Virus record (IMG/VR): IMGVR_UViG_3300045988_152045
Origin: a virus
DNA: 12,010 nt
Reading direction: 5' to 3' (one strand)
This document shows, one piece after another, positions 5,034-11,925 of the stretch. The notes under the pieces are model-generated. The model did not search any database. It was not told the origin of the DNA and saw only the letters and a program-made list of their open reading frames with translations. How positions within the stretch are numbered: the stretch's first letter is position 1; every line of letters starts with the position of its first letter. The translations under genes and the position numbers were made by a program.

Positions 5034-6275
5034 ATGGCAAAAGTTGACAAATATTTTTTAAGTGAAAACAACCGTACTTTTGATATTACAGACAAGAAAA
5101 GAAATACACAAAATAATATCAAGTATATGTTAAACCGTTCTAATATTATGTTTGAGTATAAAAATTTACCCGAAACTATACCACAAAAAGAACTTGAATT
5201 ACTGTTACAATGTAACGGGTTTGCAATCTTTACAAAAATTAACGGTGAATTTTACGTTGTTAATGGTGGTTTAGGCGGTGAGGGTGATGTGTATAACAAT
5301 CCTACTATTGCAACGGTTTCTATACCTTGCCTAAATTATAATGCTAATTTAACCATTGATACAGATTGTATTATTATACCTAATGATACATTGTTAATCG
5401 GGTTGTTACCTATGTATGAAAAATACTGTACTTTAATGACAGAAAATGAAATAACAATGTTTCTTGCTGATGTGAATAAAAGAATACAAACTTTGTTATC
5501 GGCAAATGATGATAATACCGTTGCAAGTGCTAAAAAATATTTAGACGATATTTTAAACGGTAAAATCGGGGTAATTGCTGAACAAAGATTGTTTGATAGT
5601 TTAAAGGTAAATAACGCAACTCAAACAAATAGTGTTTCATTGACAGATTTATTTGAGTATGAACAATACTTAAAAGCAAGTATGTATAATGAAATTGGTT
5701 TAAGTGCTAACTACAATATGAAACGTGAACGTTTAACAAGTGCGGAAGTTGAAACAAATACAGATAACTTATATCCGTTGGTTGATGATATGTTAAACAA
5801 CAGAAGAAAAGCACTTGAAAAAATCAATGAAATGTACGGTTTGAATATTGAAGTAGAGTTCAATAGTTCATGGGATTATAGAATTAAAAACGGTGAACCG
5901 ATAGAAACGGGTGAAACTTTTGATGAAACAGACGGTGAAACAGAGGAAACAAAGGAAACAGAGGAAACAAAGGAAACAGAGGAAACAGAGGAAACAGAGG
6001 AAACAGAGGAAACAGAGGAAACAGAGGAAACAGAGGAAACAGAGGAAGAAACAGAGGAAATAGAGGAAGAAACGGAAACAGAGGAAACAGAGGAAACAGA
6101 GGAAACAGAAACAGAGGAAACAGAAACAGAGGAAACAGAGGAAACAGAGGAAACAGAGGAAACAGAGGAAACAGAGGAAGAAACGGAAACAGAGGAAACA
6201 GAGGAAACAGAGGAAACAGAAACAGAGGAAACAGAAACAGAGGAAACCGAAAATGACAAAAAAGAAAATGATTAG
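5034..6275 (+). CDS. Portal / head-tail connector (phi29 gp10-like upper collar) with a poly(Glu-Thr) C-terminal extension (413 aa)
   Basis: MFEYKNLPETIPQKELELLL, GDVYNNPT, NMKRERLTSAEV and EKINEMYGLNIEVEF parallel remembered phi29 gp10 segments (FEWENLPPTINPSFLE, RDVYNQAT, KKERMVTDEV, EKINELYGLNVKVKF). Residues 302-406 are almost purely E/T. Confidence 0.8.
   Translation: MAKVDKYFLSENNRTFDITDKKRNTQNNIKYMLNRSNIMFEYKNLPETIPQKELELLLQCNGFAIFTKINGEFYVVNGGLGGEGDVYNNPTIATVSIPCLNYNANLTIDTDCIIIPNDTLLIGLLPMYEKYCTLMTENEITMFLADVNKRIQTLLSANDDNTVASAKKYLDDILNGKIGVIAEQRLFDSLKVNNATQTNSVSLTDLFEYEQYLKASMYNEIGLSANYNMKRERLTSAEVETNTDNLYPLVDDMLNNRRKALEKINEMYGLNIEVEFNSSWDYRIKNGEPIETGETFDETDGETEETKETEETKETEETEETEETEETEETEETEETEEETEEIEEETETEETEETEETETEETETEETEETEETEETEETEEETETEETEETEETETEETETEETENDKKEND
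5937..6251 (+). repeat. In-frame 9-bp tandem repeat (GAAACAGAG = Glu-Thr-Glu) array with a 111-bp higher-order duplication
   Basis: The 315 nt consist of GAAACAGAG units with minor variants (GAAACAAAG, extra GAA, GAAACAGAAACAGAG). The block GAGGAAGAAACGGAAACAGAGGAAACAGAGGAAACAGAGGAAACAGAAACAGAGGAAACAGAAACAGAGGAAAC occurs twice, starting at 6063 and 6174. Confidence 0.95.
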
Positions 6276-6335
6276 TATTTATATCAAAAATTTCTTTTAC
6301 ATTTTACGGGTAAAATGGTTAATTAAAAACGGGTG

Positions 6336-6360
6336 TCGGCATAATTGTTTTTTATGCCGA
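6336..6360. other. Perfect 9-bp stem hairpin in the 137-nt portal-downstream gap
   Basis: TCGGCATAA (6336-6344) pairs with TTATGCCGA (6352-6360), loop TTGTTTT. There is no adjacent T-run on the + strand, so it is not a canonical terminator. It lies in the longest internal non-coding gap (6276-6412). Confidence 0.5.
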
Positions 6361-6412
6361 TATTCGTATGAATGTTTTACTCAACTAATGTATGAAAAAG
6401 AGGGTGTAAAAA

Positions 6413-6910
6413 ATGCCAGTACAAAAAATAAAAAGTGACTTGAATAATTTGTGTAATACTATTTCAAGAACTATAACAGAATGTGAACGAATGAAAACGT
6501 CTGTAAACGGTTTAGGTAATGTTTCCGAAAATGATTTAACACACATAATTTCAAGTGCTGATAATTGTATCAATTCAATAACAGTTTTTGACCGTATTTT
6601 AACAACCGTACATAATGAGTGTAGCATTGAATTAGATATATTCTTTAGAGATTTTAATACTAAAACTAAAATGTTAATGACGGATTGTAAAGAAATAATT
6701 GAACAATTAAAAACACTGATTGAAACTTGTCGGGGTTGTTATGAATTTTATCAAATTTCAAATGAAACTGAATGGATTGTAATGTGTGGTATTACCCCCG
6801 ATTTATTTAACTGGATTGAACAACCGTTATACAGTTTTAAAAATCAATTACAAATGGTTCAAATGTCAGCATATACAAACAACAACAAACTAATTGTGAA
6901 AGTGAGGTAA
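6413..6910 (+). CDS. Hypothetical protein, 165 aa (scaffolding-protein candidate by position only)
   Basis: ATG 6413 is preceded by AAGAGGGTG. The protein looks helical and is Cys-rich (8 Cys, including CRGC). It sits between the portal and capsid genes. No recognisable motif. Confidence 0.6.
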   Translation: MPVQKIKSDLNNLCNTISRTITECERMKTSVNGLGNVSENDLTHIISSADNCINSITVFDRILTTVHNECSIELDIFFRDFNTKTKMLMTDCKEIIEQLKTLIETCRGCYEFYQISNETEWIVMCGITPDLFNWIEQPLYSFKNQLQMVQMSAYTNNNKLIVKVR

Positions 6911-6913
6911 ATT

Positions 6914-7456
6914 ATGACAGTAAAAGAACAATTAAACGGGTTATTTGTTGAAATAGCAAAAATAAGAAATTTAGCGGTTTTCGATTGTTTTTCTCCGTCA
7001 ATATTAGATAAATATTATTGTGGTATGTATGGGGCAAGAACTTTATCAACTTTAGCAACCGAAAACAGTTTACATGATTTAGCAGAAATTATTGTTGAAT
7101 TTTACGGTACTAAATGGGATAGTATTCTTGCACAATACACCGCAAGTGTTACCGCATTAAAAGAATATAGTGAAAAAATTTGTGAAACAATTACAGATAA
7201 CGGAACTAATAATTTTACACGTGATAATAAAACACAAGTTTCAGCGTACAATGATGAAAATTTTGTTAATGATAATTCAGAAAATGAAACTCAACAGACA
7301 ACAACAGATAACACAAAAACACGTGAACAAACATTAACAAAGGTTAGAAACACAACAGAATATAAAGATTTAATTTTGTACTTGCGTAATGATTATTTAT
7401 GTGATATAATTTTTACAGATATAAATGATATATCAACTTTATCAATTTATGGATAA
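6914..7456 (+). CDS. Hypothetical virion-module protein, 180 aa (possible collar, adaptor or head-decoration component)
   Basis: ATG 6914 is preceded by AGTGAGGTAA, which overlaps the upstream stop. The central region is Asn/Thr/Gln-rich and low in complexity. It lies immediately upstream of the capsid gene. Function is not supported by any motif I can name. Confidence 0.6.
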   Translation: MTVKEQLNGLFVEIAKIRNLAVFDCFSPSILDKYYCGMYGARTLSTLATENSLHDLAEIIVEFYGTKWDSILAQYTASVTALKEYSEKICETITDNGTNNFTRDNKTQVSAYNDENFVNDNSENETQQTTTDNTKTREQTLTKVRNTTEYKDLILYLRNDYLCDIIFTDINDISTLSIYG

Positions 7457-7476
7457 AAGAAAGTGAGGTAAACACA

Positions 7477-8643
7477 ATGACAGTAAAACAGATTTTTACA
7501 TTGATGAACGGTGTAACAAGTGAAATTTTAGGCAAGTCAGAAATTGTAGCAGAGGACTTGTCAAACGTGGTTGATTTAGGTACAGAAATTTTTAACGCAA
7601 CAAGCGTTGATAATTATGTAAAATCTTTAGTAAACCATATCGGAAAAGTTATCTTTGTTGACCGTAAATATTCGGGTAACGTTCCGTCACTTGTTATGGA
7701 TAGTTGGCAGTTTGGTTCAGTCCTTGAAAAAATTACTGCTGATATTCCAAATGCAACAGAAAATGCAAGTTGGGAACTTGAAAACGGTAAAGAATATAGT
7801 CAAGATATTTTCTATAAACCGTCTGTAACAGCAAAATTCTTTAATTCAAAGGTTACTTTTGAAGTACCTATGTCATTTACAGAATTACAAGTAAAAGAGA
7901 GTTTTTCAAGTGCTAATCAGTTGAACGGTTTTGTAACAATGCTTTACAATGCAGTTGACAAGTCAATGACGGTTAAAATGGATAGTTTAATCATGCGTAC
8001 TATCAATAATATGATTGGCGAAACAGTTTACGCTGATTTATATGATAGTGTATCAAAAGATATTGTTCCAACAAATACGGGTGTACGTGCGGTAAACTTG
8101 TTAAAACTTTATAATGATAAATACGGTACAACTTTAACAGTTGATAAAGCAATTACCGATAAAGATTTTATCAGATTTGCAAGCTATACAATGTCGCTTT
8201 ATATGGATAGATTATCCAAAATTTCAACACTCTTTAATGTGGGTGGTAAAGAGCGTTTTACCCCGTCTGATATGTTGGGGGTTGTAATGTTATCAGAGTT
8301 TAAAGCAAGTGCAACAACGTTTTTACAGTCTGATACATTTCATGATAACTATGTTGCTTTACCAAATGCTGAAACAGTTCCATACTGGCAAGGTTCGGGA
8401 ACATCTTATAATTTTGCAGACACTTCAAAAATCAATGTAAAAACAAGTAGCGGTCACGTTGTAGAAATTGGCGGTATTCTTGCTATTATGTATGATAGAG
8501 ATAGCATGGGTGTTTGCAATCTTGACAGACGAGTTACAACCAACTACAACGCAAAAGCAGAGTTTTTTAACAATTATTATAAGTTTGACGCAAGTTATTT
8601 CAATGACTTAAATGAAAACTTTGTTGTATTCTTTGTAGCGTAA
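7477..8643 (+). CDS. Major capsid protein (388 aa), phi29 gp8-like
   Basis: The size and position fit, with a strong SD (AAAGTGAGGTAA) and a strong terminator directly downstream. The N-terminal segment VDNYVKSLVNHIGKVIFVDRKY resembles the remembered phi29 gp8 segment NDFITSLVDRIGLVVIRQ. Confidence 0.7.
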   Translation: MTVKQIFTLMNGVTSEILGKSEIVAEDLSNVVDLGTEIFNATSVDNYVKSLVNHIGKVIFVDRKYSGNVPSLVMDSWQFGSVLEKITADIPNATENASWELENGKEYSQDIFYKPSVTAKFFNSKVTFEVPMSFTELQVKESFSSANQLNGFVTMLYNAVDKSMTVKMDSLIMRTINNMIGETVYADLYDSVSKDIVPTNTGVRAVNLLKLYNDKYGTTLTVDKAITDKDFIRFASYTMSLYMDRLSKISTLFNVGGKERFTPSDMLGVVMLSEFKASATTFLQSDTFHDNYVALPNAETVPYWQGSGTSYNFADTSKINVKTSSGHVVEIGGILAIMYDRDSMGVCNLDRRVTTNYNAKAEFFNNYYKFDASYFNDLNENFVVFFVA

Positions 8644-8662
8644 TAAGTTACCGTAATAAAGG

Positions 8663-8705
8663 GCGGTTGACGGTTTAAAAACTTGAACCGTTTACCGTTC
8701 TTTTT
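8663..8705 (+). terminator. Rho-independent terminator after the capsid gene
   Basis: A 13-position stem GCGGTTGACGGTT (8663-8675) / AACCGTTTACCGT (8686-8698) with one mismatch and two G-U pairs, and a 10-nt loop. It is followed by TCTTTTT (8699-8705). Confidence 0.8.
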
Positions 8706-8726
8706 ATTATGTTTCACGTGAAACAT
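8683..8726 (+). promoter_or_regulatory. Candidate promoter (TTGAAC-16 nt-TATTAT) fused to a perfect 18-bp palindrome ATGTTTCACGTGAAACAT
   Basis: The elements are -35 TTGAAC (8683-8688) and -10 TATTAT (8705-8710). The perfect palindrome at 8709-8726, centred on CACGTG (8715-8720), would span the predicted +1. The downstream block TTTATGAAAGTGAGGTAA is conserved with 3705-3720. Confidence 0.5.
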
Positions 8727-8749
8727 TTTATGAAAGTGAGGTAATAAAA

Positions 8750-9181
8750 ATGTTGATGAAATTATACACAACTAAAACCCCGAATAATACAATCGGGAAA
8801 GTTTTAGAAAATGAAACAGAATACAACATAAAATTTAAAGCACAAGCCGACAGAACAAAACCCGTTGTTGTTTTAATGAGTGAAACAATGATTGATTTTA
8901 ATTATGCTTATATTCCCGATTTTAACCGTTATTATTTTGTTGAAAGTATAGAGGTTACACCAAACAAAATTTATAATATTTCTTTACGTTGTGACGTGTT
9001 AGAAAGTTTTAAAAATGATATATTAGAAAGTAGTGGTTTTGTTAATCAGCAGACAACCCCGAACAAATATTATAATTCAGATTATCAAACGGAGATTAAA
9101 AAAGAAGTTGACGTTATAAAAAGTAACGTTACTTTAGATACAACAAAAAGCACAATTTTAGTAACAATAGGGGGTGTTTAA
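8750..9181 (+). CDS. Small tail protein resembling the N-terminal domain of the phi29 gp9 tail knob (143 aa)
   Basis: FNYAYIPDFNRYYFVESIEVTPNKIYNISLRCDVLESFKNDI aligns by eye with the remembered phi29 gp9 segment [46 protein letters not shown]. It is the first gene after the capsid terminator. This relies on memory only. Confidence 0.4.
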   Translation: MLMKLYTTKTPNNTIGKVLENETEYNIKFKAQADRTKPVVVLMSETMIDFNYAYIPDFNRYYFVESIEVTPNKIYNISLRCDVLESFKNDILESSGFVNQQTTPNKYYNSDYQTEIKKEVDVIKSNVTLDTTKSTILVTIGGV

Positions 9182-9183
9182 AT

Positions 9184-10851
9184 ATGGTATGGTATTATAT
9201 TCATAATGCAAATAAAAACATAACTTCCACAAACCCAAATTTAACAATTTCAACATTTAGTTTCGGAGTTGAAATTGGTGGTGTAAATTGTGGCACGTGT
9301 GATAAACAATACAGAAGTGACGCTAGTTCAATTTCTGCATTTAGAAACATAAAACAACGTTTAGTTTTTGGCAACAAAAATTTTAACAAAGTTTCTGTTT
9401 GGTGTCATGCACGTTCAGGAAGTCCATACGGAACAATTAAAACATGGGTTGATGTTACGGAACAATTCACAATAAAAACATATCCGTCAAATGGAATTAT
9501 TGACTTGCAAGCAACAAGTGATTTCAAATATTCAAGCAGTTATGTTTATTTGTATGTTGCTATTGATGAAGAATTTTCAACAACATATACAATCACAAAT
9601 AACAACACAAATTGTATTTGTAATTCTGTAATTAAAAGTGAATACAAAAAGAACGAAAATATATCACTTGAATTTACTGCAAATGAGGGTTATATATTTA
9701 AAAGTAATAGTATAAGTTTAACAACGGGTGCATTAAATAACGCAAGTACAACATATTCTGATGATAGAAAAACATTAACTTTAACGGGTGCTATTATTGG
9801 TAATTTAACTATAAATGTTATTGCAAATGCTATTTACAATGTATCAATAACGGGAACATTAAAAAATTGTATTTGTAATTATTCAGACGGAGAAGTTATT
9901 ACAGAGGACAAACCCGATATTATTTTAACTGCAAATAACGGTTACGAATTTAACGGAGTTTATAATTATGTACGGGGTACAACTACACATAGTTTTTCAG
10001 TTAGTGATGATAAGAAAACATTATCTACACACATTTTAGACGGTTACAATTATAAATTAAATGATGAATACAAAGCAACAAAAATTGTTGAAAAAATCGG
10101 TAATTTTGCTAACCTATATTACACAAACGAAAGTGAATTAACAGAATTATCAAAAGTACGTTTTGTTAGTGACAGTTCAGCAACAGTTGATTATGGTAGT
10201 TTTATAACTGCCTTATATAAATTACCGTTTCCGATTGATAGTGGAATATTAACAGAGGAAAAAAGTAACATTATTTTAGGTAATTATGATAGTAATGTTA
10301 AAAGTACCCGTTTAATAACCTACAAAACAGAGATTGACGGGGGAACAATTAGTGTACCCGAAAAATATAAAAATGTATATGATTATCTGAATACCGAATG
10401 TATTTTACATTTACCACACTTTAACAAAATGCATATAAATACTGAATATGTAATCGGTCAAACTTTAACGATTAAATATATCATTGATTTATATACGGGT
10501 AACGTTACCGCAAATGTTTATTCAAGTTTTATTGATGATATTATAGAAACACAAACACAACAGATTGCGGAAAATATACCATTTATTCAGAAACAAAACA
10601 ATAGTGTTGTTGGCACAGTTTCCAACATAAATAAAAATGTTATTACTACCGCATTTATTGAAATTGTACGTAATATCCCGTATGACAATGAAAATATTTT
10701 TGGTAAAGAAACCATTGACTATTGTGTTATTGGCACAAAAACGGGTTATATAAAAGTTTCAGACGTTGTTTTAAATTGTACCGCAACAGTTGAAGAAAAA
10801 GAAGAAATTGAACAATTATTAAAAGAGGGGGTTTTTATAAATGGACACTAA
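9184..10851 (+). CDS. Tail / receptor-binding protein (555 aa) with two tandem ~85-aa beta-rich repeats
   Basis: It is the largest structural ORF and lies between the knob-like gene and the lysin. Repeats at about aa 135-216 and 218-297 share NCICN, (F/L)TAN(E/N)GY.F and SDD(R/K)KTL. A 16-nt DNA identity AATTGTATTTGTAATT occurs at 9610-9625 and 9865-9880 (255 bp = 85 aa apart). Confidence 0.55.
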   Translation: MVWYYIHNANKNITSTNPNLTISTFSFGVEIGGVNCGTCDKQYRSDASSISAFRNIKQRLVFGNKNFNKVSVWCHARSGSPYGTIKTWVDVTEQFTIKTYPSNGIIDLQATSDFKYSSSYVYLYVAIDEEFSTTYTITNNNTNCICNSVIKSEYKKNENISLEFTANEGYIFKSNSISLTTGALNNASTTYSDDRKTLTLTGAIIGNLTINVIANAIYNVSITGTLKNCICNYSDGEVITEDKPDIILTANNGYEFNGVYNYVRGTTTHSFSVSDDKKTLSTHILDGYNYKLNDEYKATKIVEKIGNFANLYYTNESELTELSKVRFVSDSSATVDYGSFITALYKLPFPIDSGILTEEKSNIILGNYDSNVKSTRLITYKTEIDGGTISVPEKYKNVYDYLNTECILHLPHFNKMHINTEYVIGQTLTIKYIIDLYTGNVTANVYSSFIDDIIETQTQQIAENIPFIQKQNNSVVGTVSNINKNVITTAFIEIVRNIPYDNENIFGKETIDYCVIGTKTGYIKVSDVVLNCTATVEEKEEIEQLLKEGVFINGH

Positions 10852-11464
10852 TGAATTTATTGATTTAATCGGTGATACAATTAAACGTGTTGCACTTGAA
10901 CGGGGTTACAAATACCCGTCAAGTGTGATAGCACAAGCAGTTATTGAAAGCGGTAACGGGAATAGTTTACTTGCTAAAAAGTATCATAATTATTTTGGTT
11001 TAAAGTGTGGTAGCGGTTGGAATGGTAAATCTGTTAATATGCAGACAAAAGAAGAATATACAACGGGAACACTAACAACAATACGTGATAATTTTCGTGT
11101 ATATGATGATATGGAAAGCGGTGTAAATGGTTACTTTGATTTTATTCAGTACCCACGTTATACCAATTTGAAAAATGCAACAAATTCAAGAAACTATTTA
11201 GAGTTATTAAAACAAGACGGTTATGCGACATCAAGTAAATATGTTGATAATGTGTATAACATTGTTGAAAAGTATAATTTAGAAAAGAGGTTCGATAATA
11301 TGACAAGTCAGACAATAATAGAAAAACATTTAACGGGTGATGAAATTATAACAATACTTGCTAAAGAGGTTATAAACGGTAAATACAGGAGCGGTGCAGA
11401 ACGTAAAAAACAGTTGGGTTGTTTATATGATTTAGTACAGAAAAAAGTTAATGAAATGTTATAA
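10841..11464 (+). CDS. Endolysin: GH73 N-acetylglucosaminidase domain plus one C-terminal CW_7 (Cpl-7-type) cell-wall-binding repeat (207 aa)
   Basis: VIAQAVIESGNGNSLLAKKYHNYFGLK and GYATSSKY are typical of the glucosaminidase (GH73) family. The C-terminal ILAKEVINGKYRSGAERKKQLGCLYDLVQKKVNEML matches the CW_7 pattern (G.yG.G..R...LG..Y..VQ..VN). It overlaps the upstream gene by 11 nt. Confidence 0.88.
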   Translation: MDTNEFIDLIGDTIKRVALERGYKYPSSVIAQAVIESGNGNSLLAKKYHNYFGLKCGSGWNGKSVNMQTKEEYTTGTLTTIRDNFRVYDDMESGVNGYFDFIQYPRYTNLKNATNSRNYLELLKQDGYATSSKYVDNVYNIVEKYNLEKRFDNMTSQTIIEKHLTGDEIITILAKEVINGKYRSGAERKKQLGCLYDLVQKKVNEML

Positions 11465-11480
11465 AATTTTCAAAAATCTA

Positions 11481-11508
11481 TTGACTTTAAAAACGTATCT
11501 GTTATAAT
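11481..11508 (+). promoter_or_regulatory. Sigma-A-type promoter (P-right) with extended -10, paralogous to P-left
   Basis: TTGACT (11481-11486), a 16-nt spacer, then TGtTATAAT (11500-11508), with an A/T-rich upstream region. The leader ends in the same AGAAAGAGAGGTA SD block as the left-end cassette. Confidence 0.75.
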
Positions 11509-11552
11509 AGATTATAGAAACAAACAAGCACAAAGAAAGAGAGGTAATTATT

Positions 11553-11852
11553 ATGCAAACAACATTAAAAACAAAAGTAACAGTTGCAACAATCTATGTT
11601 CTATTTAGTAACAAAGAAAAAGCAAGTGAAACAAGACGTGTTTTATTCATTGGTTCACCAACAACAGCAGAGGTTAAAAAAGAGTTTGAAAAAACATTAG
11701 TTGCTGATGAAATCAAGAAAACAACAGTTTGTGAACTTGAAAAAATAAATCTTATTTGCGATTTAACAAGTGCTATGTTAGTTAAAACCGTTGAAGATTT
11801 TATCATTGATTGTGCTAAAACAGTTACAGAGTTTGAAAGCACAATAATTTAA
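11553..11852 (+). CDS. Hypothetical protein, 99 aa, in an insulated right-end cassette
   Basis: ATG 11553 is preceded by AAGAAAGAGAGGTAA. It has its own consensus promoter and its own terminator. No recognisable motif. Confidence 0.7.
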   Translation: MQTTLKTKVTVATIYVLFSNKEKASETRRVLFIGSPTTAEVKKEFEKTLVADEIKKTTVCELEKINLICDLTSAMLVKTVEDFIIDCAKTVTEFESTII

Positions 11853-11882
11853 TAATCAAAATACAACTAAATAAACATTTAA

Positions 11883-11910
11883 AGAGTGATTGAAAATATC
11901 ACTCTTTTTT
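11883..11910 (+). terminator. Rho-independent terminator at the right genome end
   Basis: An 8-bp perfect stem AGAGTGAT (11883-11890) / ATCACTCT (11898-11905) with a 7-nt loop, running into TTTTTT (11905-11910). It sits just inside the right ITR. Confidence 0.85.
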
Positions 11911-11925
11911 GTTGCATTTTTATAA

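Noticed and set aside
5937-6251. Tandem repeat array considered as a CRISPR array or satellite
   Set aside because: The 9-bp units are contiguous with no spacers, stay in frame with the portal ORF, and translate to a continuous E/T tract. This is a coding low-complexity repeat, not CRISPR.
5876-6259. 127-aa minus-strand ORF made of SVSS repeats
   Set aside because: It is simply the reverse-complement reading of the GAAACAGAG repeat inside the portal gene. It has no SD and no independent support, and every credible gene is on the + strand.
6253-6438. 61-aa + strand ORF (Lys- and Cys-rich, CRHNCFLCRYSYEC) overlapping the portal 3' end and the next gene
   Set aside because: Its apparent SD is just a repeat unit (GAGGAAA). 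It overlaps the 3' end of the portal gene and 26 nt of the 6413 ORF. Its Cys cluster is the translation of the palindromic hairpin at 6336-6360. It is probably spurious, though ribosome profiling or proteomics could revive it.
6385-6627. 80-aa minus-strand ORF
   Set aside because: It is antisense to the 5' part of the 6413-6910 ORF, with no translation signals, and it conflicts with the strictly co-directional organisation.
8709-8744. 11-codon upstream mini-ORF (ATG TTT CAC GTG AAA CAT TTT ATG AAA GTG AGG TAA) spanning the palindrome and the SD
   Set aside because: The equivalent ATG at 3688 is in a different register, gives a different and longer out-of-frame peptide, and has no SD. The conservation is at the DNA or RNA level, not the peptide level.
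9127-9186. Possible programmed -1 frameshift fusing the 143-aa and 555-aa tail ORFs
   Set aside because: The -1 frame is open from 9127, but there is no canonical X XXY YYZ slippery heptamer (only A GGG GGT). AGGGGG at 9169-9174 is a good SD 9 nt before ATG 9184, so independent initiation is the simpler reading.
9201-9389. 62-aa minus-strand ORF
   Set aside because: A shadow ORF antisense to the 555-aa tail gene, with no signals.
11594-11842. 82-aa minus-strand ORF in the right-end cassette
   Set aside because: The promoter, SD and terminator all serve the + strand ORF 11553-11852. The antisense frame has no SD and would run into the + strand promoter.
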